Source of the DNA: Candidatus Multivoradales bacterium
GTDB lineage: Bacteria; Acidobacteriota; Thermoanaerobaculia; Multivoradales; JAHEKO01
Reading direction: 5' to 3'
Length of the DNA stretch: 11,179 nt
Assembly (NCBI GenBank): GCA_965223155.1
Contig: CBDCVR010000005.1
Span: forward strand, 1 to 11,179
Shown here: in pieces, positions 1 through 9,232 of the stretch
Layout: the number at the start of each line of letters is the position of its first letter
How positions within the stretch are numbered: position 1 is the stretch's first letter
The notes under the pieces: generated by a model
What the model was told of the DNA's origin: nothing
What the model saw: only the letters and a program-made list of their open reading frames with translations
Database searches by the model: none
Translations under genes and position numbers: made by a program

Positions 1-90
1 CCTGGGTAACACCGACGGGCTGGCGCTCTTTACGGGCCTGCTCGAGGCGGTCGTGGCCCGGCGCCAGGTGCGTCACGGAGGGACGGCGGC

Positions 91-94
<4 letters not shown>
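1..94 (+). CDS. purQ: Phosphoribosylformylglycinamidine synthase glutaminase subunit PurQ, C-terminal end (partial)
   Basis: The frame starting at base 2 reads [30 protein letters not shown] (TGA 92-94). LGxxDGxxxF is the typical PurQ C-terminal motif. The stop overlaps the purL TTG start (TTGA). Confidence 0.8.
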
Positions 95-2290
<2,196 letters not shown>

Positions 2291-2321
2291 ATCGGAGCGG
2301 GTACTAGCGGAGACGCCGATC

Positions 2322-3715
2322 GTGTGTGGAATCTTTGGCATCGCCGGCCACGAGGACGCGGCCAACTACGCCTACCTGGGCCTTTATGCCCTCCAGCATC
2401 GCGGCCAGGAGAGCGCTGGCATGGTGAGCACGGACGGCAAGCGCATCCACGTCGAGCGCGGTATGGGCCACGTCGCGGACATCTTCTCGGAGCGGCGGCT
2501 GGCGCGCCTTCCCGGACGCTCGGCCATCGGGCACACCCGGTATTCGACCGCCGGGTCCAGTATCCGGACCAACGCCCAGCCGATCGTCTCCAAGACTTCG
2601 ATGGCGCGGTGGCGATCGTCCACAACGGCAACCTGGTCAACGCGCGGACGATCCGGCACGAGCTCGAGCTGGAGGGCGCGATCTTCCAGACCACGAGCGA
2701 TACCGAGGTAATCCTGCATCTGATGGCGCGGAACCCCCGCGCGGACGTCGTCGAGTCGCTGATGGTGGCGCTCGAACAGGTGCGCGGCGCGTACTCGATC
2801 CTGCTCCTGACGCCGGACGTGGTCGTGGCCGCGCGCGACCCGCATGGCTTCCGGCCCTGGCCATGGGCGACTGCCAGGGTGCGCCCGCCTTCGCCAGTGA
2901 GAGCTGCGCGTTTGATCTGTTGGAGGTCTCGGATCGCCGCGAGCTGGATCAGGGCGAGGTCGTGGTGGCGCGCTCGGGGTCGGTCGAAAGCTTCCGGCTG
3001 GCGAGTACCGCAACGCCGTCCCGCTGTCTTTTCGAGCACGTCTACTTCGCCCGCCCCGACAGCCGGATCTTCGGCACCAGCGTCTCGAAAGCGCGGCTCA
3101 AGATGGGCGCCCAGCTCGCGCGGGAGGCGCCGGTCGATGCCGACGTCGTCGTGCCCATTCCCGACAGCGGGCTCTTTGCCGCCCTCGGCTACGCTCGGGA
3201 AAGCGGGCTGCCCTTCGAGCAGGGGCTGGTTCGGAACCATTACGTGGGCCGCACCTTCATCGAGCCCAAGCAGTCGATCCGCCACTTCGGGGTCAAGGTC
3301 AAGCTGAACCCGGTGCGCGAGCTGATCGAAGGCCGCAAAGTCATTCTGGTTGACGACTCGATCGTGCGCGGCACGACCTCGCCCAAGATCGTCAAGATGG
3401 TGCGCGATGCCGGGGCGCGGGAAGTTCACGTCCGGATCTCGTGCCCGCCCACGGCCTGGCCCTGCCACTACGGCATCAACATGCCGACGCGCGAGGAGCT
3501 GATCGCTTTCCGATCACTCGGTGGAAGACATCGCTTCCTACATCCGAGCCGACAGCCTGGCCTATCTCTCGCTCGAGGGTACGCAGGCTTGCGTGTCCGG
3601 CCCCCGCGAGAGCTACTGCACGGCCTGCTGGACCGGCGAGTACCGCGAGCCGGTTGCCGAGATCGACGAGCGCCAGCGCGATCTGTTCCCGATCCGAACG
3701 GAGGACGAGGTGTGA
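2322..3715 (+). CDS. purF: Amidophosphoribosyltransferase PurF, with 3 apparent frameshifts (~2604, ~2856, ~3507)
   Basis: GTG start with GGAG at 2309-2312, giving MCGIFG (N-terminal nucleophile Cys). Then LQHRGQESAG, IGHTRYSTAG, HNGNLVN, SDTEVI, RDPHGFRP, CLFEHVYFARPDS, RNHYVGRTFI, the PRPP-binding VDDSIVRGTT, SLAYLSLEG, CTACWTGEY. Stop TGA at 3713-3715. Confidence 0.95.
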
Positions 3716-4797
3716 GCGGAGCCGATTCCAGCTCGGCGGATCGTTCGAGCGCCTACGCTCGGGCGGGCGTTGACATCAACGCCCAGGACGAGGCTCTGGA
3801 GCGCGTCAAGGCGCTGGTCAAAGACACCTTCACTTCCGGAGTCCTCTCCGACGTCGGAAGCTTCGGAGGGCTGTTTCAGCCGGATCTTTCGGCGACGGCC
3901 GAACCGGTGCTGGTGGCCTCGGCCGACGGCGTCGGCACCAAGCTGCGGGTGGCGCAGATGATGGGCGACTACTCGACGGTGGGCGAGGACCTGGTCAACC
4001 ATTGCGTCAACGACATCCTGGTTCAGGGGGCGCGGCCGCTCTTTTTTCTGGACTACGTGGGCGCCGGCGTGCTCGAGCCCGAGGCCATGGAGGCGCTGGT
4101 TGCTGGAGTGGCGAGGGGGTGCCGGCGCAACGGCTGTGCTCTCCTGGGTGGCGAGACCGCCGAGATGCCCGGCTTCTACGATGCCGGCGACTACGAGCTC
4201 GTCGGCTTCATCGTGGGAATGGTGGATCGCGGACGCCTCCTCGACGGCAGCCGCGTGGAGCCGGGCGACCTGCTGATTGGCCTACCCTCGACCGGTCTCC
4301 ACACCAATGGGTACTCGCTGGCGCGCAAGGTCTTCTTCGAAGAGCTGGGCCTGGCGGTGAGCGACCGGCTGCCCGGCTCCGACTCGGGGGCGACCGTCGG
4401 CGAGCTGCTCCTGGCCGTTCATCGCTCGTATCTCCCCGAGGTCGCGCCGCTTCTCGACCATCCCGCGTTGCGCGCCCTGGCCCACGTGACCGGCGGCGGG
4501 CTGACCGACAACGTGCCGCGGGTTCTGCCGGACGGGACGCATGCCTCGATCCGCGTCGGCTCGTGGGAGATCCCGGAGCTCTTCCACCTGCTCCAAGAGG
4601 CCGGCAAGGTCGACTCCGAGGAGATGTTGCGGGTCTTCAACATGGGAATCGGCATGGTCCTGGTCGCCGCCGCCGACGGCGTTGCCGAGGTTCTCGAAGC
4701 GCTCCGGACCGCCGGCCTTCCGGGAGTGCCGATCGGGACGGTCCAGGCCGGCGGTAGCGGCGTCGCGTATTCGTTCGCTGGAACGACTGAGTCCTGA
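3712..4797 (+). CDS. purM: Phosphoribosylformylglycinamidine cyclo-ligase (AIR synthetase) PurM
   Basis: GTG at 3712 overlaps the purF stop (GTGA), with GGAGG at 3700-3704. Motifs YARAGVDI, FGGLF, ADGVGTK, CVNDILVQGARPLFFLDY, GGETAEMPG, GLHTNGYSL, HVTGGGL, FNMGIG. The frame is intact. Confidence 0.96.
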   Translation: MSGADSSSADRSSAYARAGVDINAQDEALERVKALVKDTFTSGVLSDVGSFGGLFQPDLSATAEPVLVASADGVGTKLRVAQMMGDYSTVGEDLVNHCVNDILVQGARPLFFLDYVGAGVLEPEAMEALVAGVARGCRRNGCALLGGETAEMPGFYDAGDYELVGFIVGMVDRGRLLDGSRVEPGDLLIGLPSTGLHTNGYSLARKVFFEELGLAVSDRLPGSDSGATVGELLLAVHRSYLPEVAPLLDHPALRALAHVTGGGLTDNVPRVLPDGTHASIRVGSWEIPELFHLLQEAGKVDSEEMLRVFNMGIGMVLVAAADGVAEVLEALRTAGLPGVPIGTVQAGGSGVAYSFAGTTES

Positions 4798-4800
4798 CAG

Positions 4801-4819
4801 GGCCTGCTGGGCTCAGGCC
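4801..4819. terminator. Short hairpin between the convergent purM and sulfotransferase stops (possible terminator)
   Basis: GGCCTG-ctgggct-CAGGCC inverted repeat in the 35-bp gap between convergent stop codons. There is no U-tract, so support is weak. Confidence 0.3.
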
Positions 4820-4832
4820 GGCTCGCCCCGCT

Positions 4833-5691
4833 TCAGCGCTCGTGGCGCGGGCGGTAGAGAGCCACCTGCTCGGTCAGCCGGCGGAAGGCTCGCCAGAGCT
4901 CGTAGACGGGGCCGTCCCGCCACCGGCAGCGCCGGGCCAGGACGCGCCGGGCGCTTTCGAGCTCTGCCGTCGAAAACCTGCCCGCGAGCTCACGCTCGAA
5001 CGACTCCTGCGCGAAGCGGTGAAGCTCCGTGTCGAGCTGGTTGTTCCGGGCAATGAGCTCGCGGATGGCTGCACTCGGCTGGCTCTTGCCGCGAGTTACG
5101 TTGCGTCTTCGGTAGGCGACGTCCCGAAACGACTCGGGATAGCGACGGTTCAAGACGAGCATCGCGTCGGCAAAGCTGGTGAGCGGAAAGAGATGGAGGT
5201 GGCCGCGCTCGACGAGCGTCCGGACTTGCTCGACGGCGTCCCGATCGGCGTCGACCGCCAGGTGGCGTAGCTGGCCGTCGCCGTAGCGGTCGCGTGGGAA
5301 ATTAGCCCTCCTCGAACACCCACCGGGCGTAGTCGTCGAGAGCCATCCGGCGCGGAGCCTCCATGGCCCGGCCGGTTCGCAGGCCCTGGTGGTAGTTGTA
5401 GTGCGACAGGAAGCGGTCTACCGGATCCCGGACGAAGGAGATGGTGACGAAGGGCCTGGGGGCGTTTTCGTAGTCGAGAGCCGCCGGGAAGCCATGGCTC
5501 GAGAAGGCGCGAAGAAACGGACGCTGTTCGAGAAGCCGGTTCATCTCCCACGGCGTCTTGGGGCTCAGGTTGGACAAGAGCCCGTAGTCCGAGACCCATC
5601 CGGGCCGGAAGTTCTCCCACAGGACGGTGTCGAAGGAGGTGCCGCCGCACTTCTGGATGTGGGCGTGCAGAAAGACGGGATCGGTCGGCAT
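4833..5691 (-). CDS. PAPS-dependent sulfotransferase (Sulfotransfer_2-like), about 285 aa after correcting one +1 indel near 5304
   Basis: N-terminal FLHAHIQKCGGTS (5'-phosphosulfate-binding loop), SFVRDPVDRFLSHYNY (3'-phosphate-binding motif) and C-terminal NNQLDTELHRFAQESF (NxxDxxLY-type motif). Removing one base at ...GAG GGC (T) AAT TTC... joins ORF 5302-5691 to ORF 4833-5162 in one open frame (EEG-NFPRDRYGDGQLRHLAV...DAMLVLNRRY). Confidence 0.85.
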
Positions 5692-5803
5692 TGCGAGGGG
5701 CCTGGTGACCGGCCGATGGTACCGCTAGACCGGTGCCGCGGTGGATCGCCGGTTGCCTGCGCTACGATGACCCCCTACCCTGTCGAAGACAAGGAGAGAT
5801 GCC
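5692..5803. promoter_or_regulatory. Divergent intergenic region with candidate -10 boxes and an RBS
   Basis: TACCAT on the - strand (5716-5721) upstream of the sulfotransferase. TACGAT on the + strand (5763-5768) and AAGGAG (5791-5796) 7 nt before ATG 5804. No convincing -35 boxes. Confidence 0.4.
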
Positions 5804-8800
5804 ATGCCGGAGAACCGTCGGCTCGGTCAGAGGTTGGGCGCTCGCGCGCCCCGAATGCGAATGAGAGCGATAGCGGGTGCCATCTTCGGCGCTTGCCTGG
5901 CACTGGCTTCGCTTGCCGCGCTTGTAGGCCACGACCCCGCGCGGGCGGGAACGCTCGGCACCAACGGCGACCTCAAGCTCTCGGCGAACTTCCGCTTCGC
6001 GCCCACCCGAGCCCAGCTCGAGGAAGCCAAGCGCTCGCTGGTCTGGTTCGGACGGCTTCTGTGCGACGCGACCGAAGGCCAGATTCACTTGCGCCAAGTG
6101 GAGCTCAACGCCGGCGCCCGCTTCGAAGACGGAGCCGATATCTGGTACCACGCCGAACCACTGATCGCGAGCGTGGCGAACAACAAGTGGGACGGCAGCG
6201 GCCTGGTTCGCCGCGACAGCCACATCACGATCGGCAGGACCTACCTCGGCGACTCCGACACGATGCTCCACGAGTTCGGTCATTACGCCTTTGGCCTGGG
6301 TGAGCAGTACGCCATCGTGACCTCTGAATGTGGGGTGGGCCCGGGATTCGAGCCGGCCCTGGTGGACGAGCGCAACCACACTCCGATGCAGAATCTGGGC
6401 GGCGGCGTCGCGTGCGCCGCCGGCCCGCGGGCCGGAGAGTCCTGCACGCGGGATGCGGACTGCCCGCAGAGCACCTGCCGGGAGCGGCTGACGTCCGAGT
6501 TCAGCGTCAAGCAGAACCACGATCTGTTGCGCGGCGATGTTGGATGCCCCGGAGCGAAGGCGCTGTCCGAGCTCCGGATCCTCGGGGTCCTCAACACCGG
6601 CATCGTCTCCGGTCCGCTCGATGCCTCGACGGTGGCGTCGGCGACGCGCACGTCGGTCGCGACCCAGAACCTGCTGATTCCCGATGGCCGCTCGATTCAG
6701 ACGGCAAGTCAGCTTCAGGTCTTTGTCGGTCAGGAGCGCCGGGGCGAGTGGGCCGCCGTCGTGGGGATGCCCGACGACTCGGCGGGTGCCGCTCCCGGAG
6801 CCTTGAAGCTCCTTGGCCGTTGGCGGATGACCTTCAATGCCGAGGGAGGGCTCAAGACGATCTCCGGTCCGGATTGGGTCCGCGTGCGTCGAGGGGGCGG
6901 CCTGCCGCACCTCGATTTCAAGGTCCTCTTCGGCCAGCCACGAGCGACCGGCATGGCGCCGGCCTGGTGGACCGAGCTCGTGGTCAACGACGCTCGCCGC
7001 CAGGTCCTCTTTTCCGAGACGGATGGCCGGTTTCCCTGCCGCTGGTCGGCGTGCTCGACCCTGAAGATGTGGAACACGCGCACCAAGGGCTGGGAGACGA
7101 CCTCCCAGTCGATCGTTCACAACTTTCGGTCCGAATGGGAGACCCTGGTGCGGAACTACCCGTTCTTGAAGGCTCCAACCGGACTGCCTGTAGCAGCCGC
7201 GCCCGCCTCCTGTGCCAAGCCTCCCAAGTTCGTCGAGAAGGTCCAGGGTGTGGACCAAGTGGTTCTGGTCCTCGACCGTTCCGGCAGCATGCGCCACGCG
7301 GTGACCGTGCCCCATGGCGAGGTCTGCGCCAACGGTCTCGACGATGATGGCGACGGCATCACCGATGAGACGGTCTGCGCCGAGAGCCGGCTTACCTTCG
7401 CCAAGGCCGGTGCCCGCGCCTTCCTCGAGCTACAGAAATCGGCAGGGATCGAGGTCGGGATCGTCGACTTCAGTAGCCGTACGAATCTGGCCAAGCCGGT
7501 TGCCGTGCTCGACGCGTCATCGTTTTCGAGCCTTGCTGCCACGGTCGATGGCCTTCACTCCGGCGGCTTGACCGCGATCGGCGACGCCCTGACCCGGGCC
7601 GGAGCCGAGCTCAAGCGCGTGCGCGCTTCGGGCCGCGGCCAGGCGGTGATCCTGTTCTCGGACGGCCAGAGCAATGCCGGCAGTGACCCGCGCGCGGCGT
7701 CGAAGGTTCTGGACGCGGCCGGAGTTCGGGTGTTGACGGTTGCCGCTGGACCCGGAGCCGACAAGAAGACACTGGGCGAGATCGCCACGATCGCCATGCC
7801 CATCGAGGACTTTGTCGAGCTGCCCGCGGTGTATGCGGAGCTGGCGGCCGCCTACGGCGGCGCGGCCTTGCTTCATCCTCGGCTGCGGGTGGCCCAGGCC
7901 TGGGATCTTCAGACCGCGCTCGAGGAGCGTCCCGAATTGGATGGCATCGTCGAGCCCGAGACGGTCGTCGAACTGCCGGTCGAGGCGGGGAGCGAGGCAC
8001 TGGTGGTCTTCGTGGGTGCGGCCAACCGGGACACCTCGATGTGGCACCCGCGCATCGAGCTTGTCGGCCCACGCGGAGAGCGGTTCGATCAGGACGATCC
8101 AGCGGTCGTTCGGGACGGTCACTACGCTGTCTTCCGGGTCCCGGCGCCCGCGGAGGGCGTCTGGAGCCTGCGTCTCGGGCCACAAGGCCCGGCGCTTCAG
8201 GAGAGCACGGTGGTGTCGTACCTCGAAGGTGCCTCTGCCGATCTCGCCGCCGACGTCTTGCCCAAGATTGTGCCTTCGGGCGGGACCGCCGTGGTGACCG
8301 CCGGGGCCGTCTACGAGTTGCCCCTGGGCGACGGTATCGAGCTCGAGGGGAGCCTGCGCCGGCCCGACGGAACCGTCGAGGCGCTTCGTTTCGATCGCGA
8401 GATCTTGGGCGCCTGGAGCGCCGAGACTCCCGCGCTGGTCGAACGCGGCACCTACCGTGTCGACGTCCGGCTGCGCGTTCCGGCGGGTACCGAGGTCGAG
8501 CCCACCGAGCCGATGTATCCGGGGCCGCCGATCGACCTGGCCGTGCCGGCGTTCGAGCGTGCCACGACCTTGACCGTCTTGGTCGCCGACGGGCCGCTGC
8601 CTGCGTGTACGACCGACGACTGCGACGGCGATGGTGTGCCGAACGAGTGGGAGTGCGCGGGCGACGACGACGGCGATGGCTGGCCCGGAGAGCGCGATAT
8701 CGATGCCGACGGCGATGAGATTGCGGACGCCGCCGAGGGCTTCGGCGACGACGACGGCGACGGCGTTCCCAACCTGTGCGATCCAGCCACGCCGCTCGAT

Positions 8801-9106
8801 CTGGAGCGGGCGATTCTGGCCGAGGAGCAGGTCCTGGCGCTGGCCTGTGAGGATTCGGTGCGGGCCGGCGCCTTGCTCGCGAGCTCGCTCGAAGAGATTG
8901 CCGGCGTGCTTCCGGCCCTCGAGCGGGGATCCGCGGTTGGGGACCCCGACGCCGAAGCGCGGCTGGCAGCGTTGTCTCGGATTCTGACGTTCAAGGAGGA
9001 AGCTCTGCGTTTGAGTGAGATGGACGGTGCCTGCCGGCAGGTCCGGCAGCTTCTCGAGTCCGCCCTGGAGCTAGAGCGCGGTCTTGTGCAGGAGGACGTG
9101 GACTAG
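5804..9106 (+). CDS. Exported CLCA-like zinc metallopeptidase / VWA-domain protein with Ca-binding repeats (1100 aa)
   Basis: Intact 1100-aa ORF with a good RBS. Basic N-terminus plus hydrophobic segment ending in ARA-G (signal peptide-like). HEFGHYAFGLGEQY at 6269-6310. VWA MIDAS elements: VLVLDRSGSM (from ~7259), TAIGDAL (7571), ILFSDG (Asp at 7661). Beta-sandwich segments follow, then DxDGDG repeats at 8606-8782. Confidence 0.88.
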   Translation: MPENRRLGQRLGARAPRMRMRAIAGAIFGACLALASLAALVGHDPARAGTLGTNGDLKLSANFRFAPTRAQLEEAKRSLVWFGRLLCDATEGQIHLRQVELNAGARFEDGADIWYHAEPLIASVANNKWDGSGLVRRDSHITIGRTYLGDSDTMLHEFGHYAFGLGEQYAIVTSECGVGPGFEPALVDERNHTPMQNLGGGVACAAGPRAGESCTRDADCPQSTCRERLTSEFSVKQNHDLLRGDVGCPGAKALSELRILGVLNTGIVSGPLDASTVASATRTSVATQNLLIPDGRSIQTASQLQVFVGQERRGEWAAVVGMPDDSAGAAPGALKLLGRWRMTFNAEGGLKTISGPDWVRVRRGGGLPHLDFKVLFGQPRATGMAPAWWTELVVNDARRQVLFSETDGRFPCRWSACSTLKMWNTRTKGWETTSQSIVHNFRSEWETLVRNYPFLKAPTGLPVAAAPASCAKPPKFVEKVQGVDQVVLVLDRSGSMRHAVTVPHGEVCANGLDDDGDGITDETVCAESRLTFAKAGARAFLELQKSAGIEVGIVDFSSRTNLAKPVAVLDASSFSSLAATVDGLHSGGLTAIGDALTRAGAELKRVRASGRGQAVILFSDGQSNAGSDPRAASKVLDAAGVRVLTVAAGPGADKKTLGEIATIAMPIEDFVELPAVYAELAAAYGGAALLHPRLRVAQAWDLQTALEERPELDGIVEPETVVELPVEAGSEALVVFVGAANRDTSMWHPRIELVGPRGERFDQDDPAVVRDGHYAVFRVPAPAEGVWSLRLGPQGPALQESTVVSYLEGASADLAADVLPKIVPSGGTAVVTAGAVYELPLGDGIELEGSLRRPDGTVEALRFDREILGAWSAETPALVERGTYRVDVRLRVPAGTEVEPTEPMYPGPPIDLAVPAFERATTLTVLVADGPLPACTTDDCDGDGVPNEWECAGDDDGDGWPGERDIDADGDEIADAAEGFGDDDGDGVPNLCDPATPLDLERAILAEEQVLALACEDSVRAGALLASSLEEIAGVLPALERGSAVGDPDAEARLAALSRILTFKEEALRLSEMDGACRQVRQLLESALELERGLVQEDVD
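8606..8782 (+). repeat. Coding D-rich Ca-binding repeats (thrombospondin type 3-like)
   Basis: Four units: DCDGDGVPNEWEC, DDDGDGWPGERD, DADGDEIADAAEG, DDDGDGVPNLCD. Confidence 0.75.
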
Positions 9107-9107
9107 C

Positions 9108-9123
9108 CCGGCCTTCGGGCCGG
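9108..9123 (+). terminator. GC-rich hairpin immediately after the stop of the large ORF (putative intrinsic terminator or RNA-stabilising stem)
   Basis: CCGGCC-TTCG-GGCCGG, a perfect 6-bp stem with a C(UUCG)G tetraloop, starting 2 nt after the TAG. It lacks a U-tract. Confidence 0.55.
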
Positions 9124-9220
9124 TGGGCGGATGAGGTCAGGAGGCGAGGGCAAGGGTCCCCGGGGCCGTCATGGACCTGGGATTCAAGAAGCCGGCCGGA
9201 GGACCCGGGCTCCGAAAGCG

Positions 9221-9226
9221 TAGAAT
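9221..9226 (+). promoter_or_regulatory. Candidate sigma70 -10 element upstream of purN
   Basis: TAGAAT (5/6 match to TATAAT) in otherwise GC-rich DNA, 6 nt before GTG 9233. No Shine-Dalgarno sequence before GTG 9233 or ATG 9239. Confidence 0.5.
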
Positions 9227-9232
9227 CTGGCG

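Noticed and set aside
2863-4797. Apparent 644-aa PurF-PurM fusion in the ORF track
   Set aside because: It arises from a +1 indel near 3507. The true PurF C-terminus (SLAYLSLEG...CTACWTGEY...EDEV*) is in another frame and ends at 3715, and purM has its own RBS and GTG at 3712.
5389-6303. 304-aa + strand ORF spanning the divergent intergenic region
   Set aside because: It overlaps the sulfotransferase antisense and the large ORF out of frame, and has an Arg/Pro-rich composition typical of non-coding frames.
8606-8782. GACGGCGA-rich repeats as a CRISPR array or DNA-level tandem repeat
   Set aside because: The repeats are degenerate, in frame and explained by the DxDGDG protein motifs. There is no constant repeat-spacer structure.
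9107-9232. Possible purine or ZTP riboswitch, or other ncRNA, upstream of purN
   Set aside because: I could not find the conserved ZTP (pfl) or purine riboswitch sequence elements, only a short hairpin and a -10-like box. An Infernal/Rfam scan would settle it.
4798-9232. Mobile element explaining the insertion between purM and purN
   Set aside because: No transposase or integrase, terminal inverted repeats, tRNA or flanking direct repeats were seen.
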